IMG/VR virus record: IMGVR_UViG_3300046170_000323
From: a virus
Taxonomy: Duplodnaviria > Caudoviricetes
Direction: 5' to 3' (one strand)
Length of the DNA: 64,000 bases
In this document: piece by piece, positions 25,810 to 38,600 of the stretch
Layout of the letters: each line of letters begins with the position of its first letter
How positions within the stretch are numbered: the stretch's first letter is position 1
Notes under the pieces: generated by a model
Told to the model about the DNA's origin: nothing
Seen by the model: the letters and a program-made list of their open reading frames with translations, nothing else
Databases searched by the model: none
Made by a program: the position numbers and the translations under genes

Positions 25810-28800
25810 TTATTTATTCAAAATCAACTTTTTGAGTTCTGCGATCTCATTACGCAAAGAAGAGACTTCTTCCTTATATTTATTATCAACTTCTTTGACC
25901 GCTTCGATCAGTAGTGAAGTGATTCGTTCATAATCGACTGTGAGGTACTGTTGATCATGTACCGCAGCCAGTTCTCTTTGTTTATCAAACGTAAGTTTTT
26001 CGAACTCTTCTTTAGCCTCTTTCTTATCCCATTCTTTATCATCACGTTCCTCAAGGAACTCTTTATATGCAATACGTGCTTTCTGCATATTGTAATTGGC
26101 ATTGAAAGGTGCTTCGTTGACTACTTCTGGAAGTACTTCTTCAACCTCTTGTGCGATAACACCAACTTCGTGCATCTTAGTCGGGTGGAAGTCATACTCC
26201 TCTTTAATGTTTTCTACCCAGTCGTACTCAACACCACGAATCTTATGTAGTTTTTCGAGTGCTGCAGTGATAGGTGTTACGTTTTCTTTCAAACGTCCAT
26301 CAGATGCATATGCAACAATGTTACCAGTCGCAGAGACTGCACCGTTTGAACCAGACAACTGAACACGAGCGTCACCGTCTGCAGAAACATAGAAACCCCA
26401 ACCAGACTGACCAGACAAACTAAAGAATGGTGAGTTAGTATGTGCGTAACCATAACCGTAGTGGTTTGACAAACCTGTACCAGATGGACGGTAACTGTAA
26501 CCAATAGAGTAACCAGGCGATGGATATCTATCTGTGTTTAGACCACCAGAGTTAGAACCGTGACGACCAATGAAACCACCACGTGATTCTGCGTTGGTTG
26601 CACCAAAGTGAATACCACCGTTGAGTCTCATTGATGTATCAGACGCAGGGTTCACATAGTATGCAGTACTGTTCAGATCATAGAACAGAGGTGCACGTGA
26701 TGATCTCTCTGCACGCCAGTAACCTGAGTCTGCACGAGCCTCCCATCTACCATTATAGTATAGGTAGGTATAAGAGTTCTCATACATGTAAACTGCCCAC
26801 TCGTTGTTGGCATGTTTAAGTCCAAAGTGTTGACCATCATCATCCCAGTAGATACGTCCACAAGCGGTAGAGTTACTATCCCTAAAGATAAGTTCACCGT
26901 GGTCAGAGTTGTTGGAACGAAGACTGATAGTGTCAGCATCATCGTCATAGATGTCAAATCCATTGTCCCACGAAATGAAGTTCGCAGTGATGTTTGCGAG
27001 ACGAGAAGTCGACGCTGGATCTACATAGTAACTAGTGTTGTTTCTATCATAGAAGAGTGTCGCACGAAGGTCTGTGTTCCAAAGAGTTCTGTTGTTTGTA
27101 CCCAACATATAAGATGCAGTACGAGTTGTACGCTGAGTACCATAGTTAGTTGTACGGAAACCAACTGACCAACCAGAACCCCAGTTTGTAGAGAAACTAC
27201 TATAACCAGTGTGAACATCAACAACTTGAACCTGTGGATATACCCAGTTGTCACCTGTTGAACCAATACAAACCATATGACGAGCACCGTCATCACAGAA
27301 CCTTACGATATATGGGCCATCATCTGAATCACTGATTTGTGTTGCAGAAACGTTTGTCCAACGACCACTTGAATATGCATAACCACCAATTCTAAACTGA
27401 TGCATACGACCAGTATTGTATTCGTAGATATTAACAGTGAAGTGCAACATGGTGTTACCACCACGTCTGTTAGTTGGCAAGTAAATAGTACATGCACCAT
27501 TGACACTTGAAGATGAAGTAGTATATGTACCACCATCTGGTGCAAAGAATCGACGTTCCTGAGAGTCATAGGCGTTGTTAAGTCTATGATAGTTAGAACG
27601 TGAAGTTGAGGCACCGTTAAAGTAATAACCAGTGTTGTTTAGATCATAGAAGATTGGAGAACGTGAAGAACGTTCAACTCTGAACCAACCATTTTCTGTA
27701 CGTGTTTCCCAACGTCCATTATAGTACTGATAGAGGTGTGAGTTTCTATTTGCATACAACATCCACTCATTATCGACATCATTGTAAATACCAACCTGAC
27801 CACTATCTGCAGACATGAAGACGTATTCACCTCTGATCGAATAACCTTCGTAGTTATTACGTCCAGTGCCGTTAACCTGTACTGAACCATAATCGCCTGT
27901 TGGGAAGTCCATATACGAACTAGTACTATTATCATACGCATAATACAAACGGTTTGTACGCAGAGTATTGAAACGTGAAGTCGATGCAGGGTCTGCATAA
28001 TACCCAGTATTGTTTCTATCGTAGAAGATAGGCGAACGAATATCAGAAATGTGATCAAAGTAGTCTGTGTTTAGACGAGCATACTTTGTAGTCTGATACC
28101 ACCAACCCTGCATCTCTGAGTTGTCAGAAGAAGAAAGGTTTGAGTGAAGTTCTACACGACCTTGTAGTCGGATGTAGTCAGAAGATCCTGTACCATCGTT
28201 GTCAACACCGATAACCATTGCAGCGTTTTCACCAGTGTTATTAAAGTCTGGATCAAACGTGATGTAACCGTGGTCAGATGGTGCGTTAACACCAGAACGG
28301 AAGTAGATTGTTACAGGTGCATCGTTACCTGACCAGAATTCTGCGGCAACATTGTTTAGATAGTCAGTACCTGTAACGTCATAAGATGAGTGAGAACCTG
28401 CAGAGTCATTTTGACGTGCTTTAAAGAAGGCCTTACCGTTAAAGTTAACAGTATTGAATATAGATGTTGAAGCAGGGTCAGCGTAATAACCTGTGTTATT
28501 CAAGTCATAATAAATTGGTGCTCGCATTTGACGTTCTGCACGGAAGTATCCAGAATCTGTACGTGCTTCCCAACGACCATTGTAGTAGAAGTATGTGCGA
28601 CCATTACGTTCACCATACCACATCCACTCATTGTCAATATCGTTATAGATACCAACTTGGTTGTTATCTGCAGACATGAAGTTGTAACGGCCAGCAATGT
28701 TGTAACCTTCCCAACCATTCTTACCGCCACCGTTAACCTGTACCGAACCATAATCACTTGTTGGGTAATCTAGGTAATCGTCAGTACTACTATCATAACC

Positions 28801-31800
28801 TGTATACAGTCTGTTGGTACGTAGTGTGTTAAAACGTGAGGTTGACGCAGGGTCTGCATAGTAACCTGTGTTATTTCTGTCGTAGAAGATCGGTGCTCTA
28901 AATGAACCTGATGCGTAAGAGTTACCATCTGCCATTGCTTGGAAGTACCAACCTGCGATACTACCAGTGGCAGCACCGTGTTGACCAACATAGAAACCTG
29001 TTGATCCAGAACTGTTATTGTTATTTGAGTCTAGGTTGATAAACACATCATGATAGGAGTTGATACGAATATCATCAGTTACACCACCACCATTATCACG
29101 AGATGAAATACTGTGATATGTTGAATCGTCACCATAGAATGTGATGAAGTCACCACGATCAGCCATGTCGATTCTATCAACACGAACTGTACCTAGACGA
29201 GACGTACCATTCGGGTTAAGGTAATAACCTGAGTCATTTCTGTCATAGAAAATTTGTGCATAATGGTTTCTATTTGTAAGAACATCACCATCACCACGAA
29301 TGATCATATTCCACTGACCACCTAGACCACCGTCACGGAACGAGATATCTTCACCACCAGATGTGGCAATGATTAGGTGTGCATCATTTGTTTCAGTCGC
29401 CTGAATGTAACCACGCAAACTGCCTGAACTTGTGTAGAAGTGCGCTTGACCACCTGACCAGTATTCTGTCTCGTTAACACGGTTCACGTTCATACGTGAA
29501 GTGGACGCAAAGTCACCGTAGTATCCAGTGTTGTTCACATCATAGAAGATAGGAGCCCGCATAGATCCACGTGCTTCAGAGTAACCTGTGTAGATTACAA
29601 AACGTGAGTAACTGTCGTAAGTCCATCCGTTGACACCAACACCGTAGTGTGGGTTTTCTTGGTTATCAAAGTAACCAATCTGAATAGAGTTCGCCTGATA
29701 GTTTGCAGTACCAATGTTCCAACGACGAACGTTGTTCGAAGAGTTTAGTCTTGAACGGAACGATATAACACCACCGTGAGTCGTGTTTGTGCCCCAAGAA
29801 CTTAGAGTGAAGTGTGGGTACGCATTTTGTGCACCAATTTCAATCTGTGGTCTGTTAGTATCACGTGTCGTTTGTGGTACAGCGTTTGAACCAATTTTCA
29901 AATACGAATCACCAGAACTCAATCGCATATGAACCATACGTGAAGTCGATGCAGGATCTACATAGTAACTTGTGTTATTGTAGTCATAGAAGATTGGTGA
30001 ACGAGTACCTGCGGATTGTGGGAATTCAACTGCGTTGGTGTCACCAATAAAGCTGGCAAGAACTGTACCTTCATTGTACCATGCACTACCAAACGCAGTA
30101 CCACCTCTCCAACGAAGATCCATACGTCCTTGACCAGTATCATTTGCACCCCAAACAAAGTGTTGATCACCAGAAGAGTTGCCTGGCGCACTGTCACTAA
30201 ATTCAAGTGCAGGGTAACCTGCATTCATTATAGAACGAATACGTGCGTTTCCGTTTGACAAAGTTGGTGCAATGTCAATATTGGCAATACGTGATGTCGA
30301 AGCTGGATTCACATAATAGTTTGTGTTATCACGATCATAGAAGATCGAACCACGAACATCGTTTAGGATCGATGTCGATGCCGGATCAAGGTAGAAAGCT
30401 GTATTGTTATTGTCATAGTAACGATCTGCAGTTACGTCACCTGATACGATGATATCATCACCACGTAAACGTCCATGATAGTTTGAACGTTTCAACATGA
30501 TCCCTGCATATTGACGCAACGCACCGCCAGTGTTGTAGTTCATCAATACACGAATACGAACGTAATAACAGTTCGATGGGATTGTTGTGTATCCTCTATA
30601 TGTTTGCCAAGAGGTACTTGTTTGGTTTGAACCACTTACTACGAAGTAAGTTGTACCTGAGTTTGCTGCAATCGGTGATAAGTTTTGATCATAACGTTCA
30701 ATACCATAATAGACAGTACCACCAGAACCAGAGATACGACGAACAGACATTTCACCGTAAAGTTCTTCGCCTGGTTCAACAGGCATGTATGCAGTGTAAA
30801 AGTCACGATATGCAGAAGTTTGTAGAACGTAAGAACCTGCAAATGGGCCAGTAGTTGCACGAACAAATTCTGATGTACTCGTTGTTAAACTATTTTCGTT
30901 TGGTGCAAGTGGATTAATAACTCGTTTGTCAAAATATTCTGTAGCATCAAAGAGAACACTATCTGCCACACCAGAACCATATGCAGGTGAAAGGTTGAGG
31001 TTACCATTACCACCGTTGAGGTTGATCTCTGGTGCAGTTACAGATTTAGCTGCCTTGAAGTTACCTTGACTATCGAAATGGAATCTATCTGCAACACCAT
31101 TAAAGTGAATGATGAATGATGATCTATTTGTGCCATCATAACCATTCCAGTTATCATGCACAATCCAAGGATAGTCACTATTTGCACCACTGTAACGTAA
31201 ACCCAACAAGTATCTGTTGTTGTGATATGCAGACATTGCATAAGTGTTGTTTGCAATCGCACCTTGGTTACCAAACGACACACTGCTCATACGTGAATGA
31301 GATGCAAAGTCTCCGTAATAACCAGTATTATTTCTATCGTAGTAAATTGGTGCACGTGCCTGATTGAGCATGTCAAAGTGATTTGACTGTGTTTGTGCCT
31401 GAATCGTACCATTGTACATAATTTCTGCACGATTGTTCTGGAAGAACTTGATTGCCCATTCGTTGTTGGTGTCGTTGTAGATACCTGCTTCAGATGGCCC
31501 ATTCGCCATGAAGACCCAGTCGTCACGGATTGCATAACCCGCCCAACCATTCTTCGCACCTTCAACTCTGATCGAACCATAATCTCCTGTTGCAACATCA
31601 ATGTAATATGTTGAACCTTCTACTTGGTATCTATTTGCCCTCATCGTATTTGTAATAGATGTAGAAGCTGGATCTAAGTAGAATGCAGTATTATTTGAGT
31701 CATAATAGATTGGTGAATGCATTTGGTTATTCGCAAGGAAGTAACCGTTTTCTGTACGTGCTTGTTCTGTACCGTTGTACATGAAACGTAATGAGTTCTG

Positions 31801-34800
31801 TCTGTCAGCGTACAAGAACCATTGATCATCTACATCGTTGAAAAGACCAGTTCTATTTGCATTGTCATGCATGAATACAGAACGATCACCGATTGAGAAA
31901 CCTTCCCAACCACCACGTGCCTGTCCATCGATTGCAAATGAACCGTAAGTACCATTTGGTGATCTTAGAACCACACCATCATCAAGTTTGATGGTTGCCA
32001 TTCTAGATTCACTAGCGAAGTTACCAAAGAAACTGTCGTTGTCTTGATCATAGAAGATCGGTGATCTCATAGACCGTTTTGCGTATGCGTCACCACGATA
32101 ATTTACATAGAATGTTGTTGCGAGTGTACCTGCGCCTGCGCCACCAGTACCTTCTGCAGTCTGAACGATGAAGTTACCAGAACCTTCTTTGTCTTGCGTG
32201 TCTGAAGATGTTCCATCATTGTAACCAGTTGTCGCACCGATACGAACTTGTGGTTTAAAGTTTGCGTTACTGTCTTCAAACTGGAAGTTAACCCAAGACT
32301 CAGGTGTGTCAATGTCACCAGTTGCATCAGTACCGTTGTCAATCCAAAGTGCATTGAAGTCATTAGCTGGAGCTCCTGTCTTTCTTAGACGGAGAGTATT
32401 CAATCTTGACTCAGAGTTACCATCAATGTAGAATGCAGTGTCGTTATTGTCATAGTAGATATTACGATATGCATTTGTACCAGTATCATTAACTGAGAAG
32501 TCTACTGAGTCATTGTCTACATTAACTCTTTGAGTACCACCTGTGAAGATACGGAAAGTATCTGCAGGCGCTGAATCCAAAGTAAGTGTTTACATCACCA
32601 TTGTGACGAATAAAGTCATCAAGGTCAATACGGTTCATGATAGACGTAGAAGCTGGATCTACGTAATATGAATTGTTTTGTGAATCGTAATAACGTGGTG
32701 CATATACTGGAATTGAGAATGTCGCTTTACTATTCTCTACCAACAAACGTTGAACATTATTTGTTTTAACTTCAAACTGATCCGCATTAGGGAAACCAAT
32801 AAGAGTTGTTAAGTCTCCACGATGTCTGATAGAGTCATCAATATCTATTGTATTGAGTTGCGAATCACCTGCAGCGTCAATGTAATAGTTATTATCGTCA
32901 TCATCATAGAAACGACCTGCATACATGTCTCCAGTGGTTGCAAGATCTTTCCCGCCATGAACTGTGATAGTTGCCGCCGCAGCCTGATAGAAACCACCAC
33001 CAAGACCAAACTTAAGTTCGTTATTCTTTAAGAAACCTGAAGTACCACGTCCAAGGACAATTGCATCATCATCACGGTTTAACTGAATAGAACCTTGTAC
33101 GTGAAGTTTATTTGCATTGATAGAACCAACAGATGCAGTTGCATCAGACGAAGCGTATGACGCAGTTTCACCACCAACAACAACATCTCCACCATGATTA
33201 ATTGTGAATACGTTATCTGCACTAGAGTTCCAGAATTTGATTGCAGTTGTGTCTTGGTCTGGAATGAAGTTTAGATTACCTGAACTATCACCCGCTACAT
33301 GTTGACCATTGCCTGCAGTTGCCTCAAATGTTATAAATCTATTACTTGCAGCAAATGGGTTGAACCCCATGCTAATTCTATTTAAACCAAGAGATGGTTT
33401 ATTAGCCTCAGTACCTGTAACACCTGACTGAGAAACTTGTATACCGCCAGCTGGATTGATAGTAACACCACCAGTCCCAGTAGTGTCATCCATTCTATCG
33501 TAATCAGATGTGTTACCTACTTGAATGGCACCAGATACTGCAAGAGATGCGGCTCCTGATGTATTACTTTCAAAATCCAAGAAGTTTGTTGTACCGCCCG
33601 TTTCTCCTTTAAAGGATGGAGCACGCATTTCGTTATATGCACGAACAACCGAATTTGTAACCAAGAATCCAAGGTTGTTGCCTGTTGTAACTCTAAACTG
33701 ATCATCTGCACTAAATCCAAAGTAAGTGTCAGCGTCACCATTGTGCAAGATATAATCATCGATGTAAATATTCGACAATACGGAACTTGCAGCTGGATTC
33801 AAATAGTAGTTGGTATCATCACTATCGTAATAGAGTGGTGCGTGAATTTCAACAGATGTTACTTTAGTATTTTCAACTCTTAGTTTTGGTGTGTTTGATC
33901 CAGCGTAAAACTCTACTTGATCCGTTTCGAATCTAAGTTTTGTATCTGTATCTCCATTGTGGAACAACTCAGTATCAATACCAATAGTATTTGCAACAGT
34001 TGTCTTATCACCATCGAAGTAGTAAGTGTCATCATCGTTATCAACGAAACGACCAGAACGGATATCCTGATCTGCAGTAATATTATTCGCAGTGATGTCA
34101 CCAATGATTGCACTGTTGGCGTTGATAGTCTGAGATATAATATCGTCAGCAGTCAAATCATTGGTAATGTACGCATTATTTGCAGTTAAGTCTTCTGTAA
34201 TCGCCGCATTTCTACCTGCAGTGATATCTCTTGTTGCAATAACGTCTTGACCTGCAGTCACATCACCTGCGAGTGCAGTGACATCATTTGCCGCTGTGAC
34301 ATCGTTACCTGCAGTAACGTTTCCTGCCGCAGCAGTAACATTTCCTGTGATTGCAGTTACACTTGTTTGCGCAGTTACCGCACCTGCTGATGCAGTAATG
34401 TTTCCGTTAGTCGCAGTAATATTATTGTTTGAAGTGATGTCACCATCCGCAAAGATATCATCTTTCGCAGTGATGTCGCCTTCTGAAACTATATTTCCCT
34501 GTACTTCGTTATTACCAGCAACAATCCAGTCTTCGTTTGTATTTAAATATGCACCGTAGTTTAGGTTACCTTTAAGGAAACCGATTTCGCCGTTGTTGGA
34601 ATATATTGTTCTATTAATTCCCACACCGTCAAAGTTAATTTGTGCAGCGTTGGAGTTATCACCTACTGTAATGTCACCATTAACGTCTAGGTTTTCACCA
34701 ATTAATATACCGTCTGTAACCGCCTGAAGTTTTGCATCGTTTCCGTAAAGAACCTCACCATATCCTTCAGAACCAGTAAATACTGATTTCAAACCAATAT

Positions 34801-35653
34801 AGTTACTACCAAACCCTGCAGTGATATTAACATTCGCCGATGAAGAGGATGCAGCACGAAGAGATAGATCACTTCCGTCTGTGGATCTTATTTCGTCTGA
34901 CTCAAAGGAATAGGTTCCTACTGACCACCAATCAGATGTTTCATTCCAAATTAAAGAAACATTATCGGATGTGCCACGTACAATCTCAATACCAGAATTT
35001 TCTGTAGGTGCGCCTGTAACATTACTATTCAACTGTAGAATATTATCTGCAATCGTTACGACTTCTGAATTAATTGATGTAGTTACGCCTTGTACAGTCA
35101 AGTTACCTGTGATGATATAAGAACCATCCATCGTATCATTTTCATCAGAACGTACGAATTGAGTTGAATCTAAACCGTCGAGTGTTGCGGCGTCGAAAGA
35201 ACCCCCTTGACTTGCCTGATCGTCTGTGGTAATAATACGACGACCTTCGATATTAGTGGTTGACAAACCAGTGAAAGATGTGTTACCATTTGAGAAAGAT
35301 AGTACTTCACTGCCTGCACGTTTGAGAATGAGTTCACCATTCCCTGCGCCACCTTGGTGGAACTCTATACCACTACCAGCTGCCTGCGTTCCGTTGAAGA
35401 TCCCAAAATCATTTGTGTCAATGTTACGAATGGAGAGTGCACCAGAAGGGCCTTCAAATTCTACGATTGGAGAATCTGCAGTTCCAGTGTTATTAATAAC
35501 ATGAAGTGTTGGATAGGATGGGAAAGTAGCAGTAAATTTTACCGCACCTTCAGTCTGAAGTTTACTGATACCATCATCAGTTACACCACCAATGAGTACA
35601 TCGCCTTCAGTCTCAAGGCCGTTTTTGACTATAAATTTCTTATCGTTTGCCAT
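25810..35653 (-). CDS. Giant long tail fibre with C-terminal peptidase S74 intramolecular chaperone (~3280 aa after removing one extra base near 32567)
   Basis: ORFs 32522..35662 and 25810..32580 fuse as YFGFSA-ADTFRIF, matching the internal repeat YFGFSADDQFRV; N-terminus MANDKKFIVKNGL; C-terminus SDGRLKEN...GVIAQEVEEVLPEVV...LTVDY..ITSLLIEAVKE. Confidence 0.85.
26620..34060 (-). repeat. About 19 copies of a protein motif R(S/A)PI(F/Y)YDxN(N/D)TxYYxDPASTSR in the fibre
   Basis: Counted by eye in the translations (15 + 4 copies). Confidence 0.8.
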
Positions 35654-35692
35654 TCGGTTCACTCTCCCCAGAATTAGGCATTATTTTCTTTA

Positions 35693-38600
35693 CTATGCTT
35701 TTATCAGTGTAGCAAATACTTTAAATTCAGTTGACGTTGTCGCATCTGGGGTACAGTAAATTCTACCTTCACCACTTTGAAGTAATACATCGTAATCAGC
35801 GAATTCTACACTAGTAGTTACTGTTGCAAACTCAGTTGCATTCAGAGTTGTACCATTGTGCGCAATCATCATCTTTGTGATATGTCTATTTATACCACGA
35901 GTTGCAGTGATAACAACTTCACCGCCACAATATGCTGTTTCATCAAATGAAAACAATATTTGTGAACTGGTTGCAGTTGTCGTGAGTGTTGCGTTAAAGA
36001 ATGCAGAATGTTCTTGAGAGATGACAGCCTGAACCTCTAGGTTCCCTGTCATTACATCCCCATCTTCATTTACGTATCTTGCATCCGCCTCTGCCTGAGA
36101 AATGAATTCAAGTGTTTTTGTATTTGCAGCGACTACGTGTCCGAACTCGTCGAATGAGATCTCGTTAAGAACTTCTTTCTCTGCGACACCTGCAACGTTC
36201 GCTACTGCAGAAGTATCTGCATGAGAAATAGTAACGTTCGCATTGATCGACCCACCACCTGTTAGACCATCACCAACGAGGATCTCTGTGTCAGTAGATG
36301 TAGTCATCGAACCGTTTGCGAGGTTTACCAGATCTGTGAAACCATTAACAAAACCATTGAGGGTAATGCGAGGATCACGATTGATTGTACCATCTACAAC
36401 AAGGTTGCCATCTATGTCAACATTTTCTTCAAATACGCTGTTGCCAGTTACAGTGTCACCTGTTACATTGAAGTATAAAGAGTCCAGTGCACCATTGTCA
36501 AGTTCAGTTTCTGTATAATATCTACCGTCAAGATCTACATTTGCATGTGTTTGTACATGACCGAACTGGTCAAACGTTAAACCAGTAAGTACTCGACCTG
36601 ATGCCAAAGAAACATCAACCACACCAGAAGTATTACTATGTGCAAATGTAATGGATGTATTTGTGAAATCATTTAGGTTAAATGTACCACTACCAGACAG
36701 ACCATCACCAGTATCAATATCAATTGTACCGTTACCGATACTTCCAGTTGCAGTGTTTGCAGCCTGTGCCAAGATGTCTGATGCATGAAGTCCGTCAAGT
36801 AAGTCTGCATCAAGTGATGAACCTGCGCCATCAACTGTTTTGATACCCTCTAGGATTTCTGTATTTGTTACGAGTACTTCAGTTCCATTAACTGTGAGTG
36901 TCTCTCCAACCGAAACATTTCCTGTAGCAGTAATGTCGCCATTAACAGACATGTCACCATTGAATGATACATCACCGTCGATTGTTTCACCGAACAGATC
37001 AATTCTTGCGAGGAACTCAGAACCATCACCTGTCTCCAAGTGTAGAGTATTGTTTCCAGATGAATAGAAGAAGTCTTCAACACCCGCCACTGCAGTGTTG
37101 GACATAGATGTGATACGACCATCCGCAGCGACTGTAACCACAGGAATCTGAGATGCAGTACCGTAAACCCCTGCAACAACACCAGTAGTCGATATGTCTG
37201 TAGTGATTTCTACACTACCATTCGAAGACGTTGCAGTACCAGTTACATCACCATCAAGTGTTACAGTTGTCTGTGTTTGAAGATGGAATTCAGATCCATC
37301 ACCAGTAACCAGAGTGATTGTATTGTTTGCAGGTTCGTATGAGAACGAGTCAACCCCTGCAACCGCCGCAGTGTTTGCAAGAGTAATTCTACCGTCTTCG
37401 TCAATTGTAATAATTGGAATCTCAGTAGATGAACCATAAGTGTCTGCAACCACACCAGTGTTGGCAAGTTCAGTTGTAAGTGTCATCACTCCTGTGTTAG
37501 AAGTGGCAGTTCCTGTTACCTTACCGTCAAGTGTTAGTTCAAGACCATCTTCAAGAAGATCTAGTTTTGCACCATCCAGTGCAATGTCACGTCCGTCGAC
37601 CAATCCACCTACAAAGAGACTACCTGTAATCCCAACATTGTCTGAGAAGAATGTATTTGCACCGAAGGTATTAATGAATGTGTGGAATGATGAACCGTCA
37701 CCAGTTTCAGTGGTAAGTGTGTTGTTCGCAGTATTCCACTCCATGTTGTCCACGCCTGCAACTGCAGATGTGTTTGCAACACGAATGAGACCATGTTCAT
37801 CTATTTCTAGAACTGGAATTTGAGAGGCAGAACCATAAGTCCCTGCAGTCACACCAGTATTCGCCAGTTCAACAACACCATTCGAAACAACGAAGTCAGT
37901 ATCGACAAATGCGGCGACACCCCTGTTATCATTTGATGCAAATTCTGTAGCGAGTTCTGCAGATATCGTAATGGTGTTATTGGATACTACTGTGTTAATA
38001 CCCTCACCAGCGACAAAGTTAATTGTCTCACCAAGATAAACGTTTTCGTCTGGTGTGTATTGTTGTAGAACATTAATTACACCAGAACGGTTTGTGTCTG
38101 CACCATCAATGTAATAGAATGTACCGACAGTGTCTGGAACAAATGTAAGTGTTTCTCCACCAGTCGCACCTTGGTTTGTTACACCAGATGCCTGATCTCC
38201 ACTACCTGCAGTTTCTGAGGTTTTGATGTATAGCGCAATAGTGTTTGCACCAGAAACAGAGAAGTTGACTGTGTCACCAATGTATATTGTTAGTTCTGGT
38301 TCTGATTGTGCAGAATAAGTCTCATCACGTAGAGAACCATTCACCAACCAGTTTGAACCATCAAACAAAGTCAAGTTTGCAGTGACAAAACTTTCTGGAA
38401 TGACTGGATTTGTTTCACCAGTCAGTTTAATAAATGGTTCAAAGATTTGTTGGTTTGTGATACCCTGATCTTTGACTTGGATTACGTCATTAATAATAGT
38501 AAGTGTACTATCGTCAACGTTGGCATCAACAGTAAATGTATTAGAAAGACTAATACCTTCACCACCCAACAACTGGGCATTCAGATAACCAAGTGTAACC

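Noticed and set aside
27945-28905. Near-identical FYDRNNTGYYADPASTSRFNTLRTNRLY copies as a diversity-generating retroelement TR/VR pair
   Set aside because: Differences are synonymous and not adenine-specific, both copies are coding, and no reverse transcriptase is in the window
25810-35653. Shufflon/invertible tail-fibre system
   Set aside because: All modules are in one orientation, with no inverted cassettes or recombinase visible
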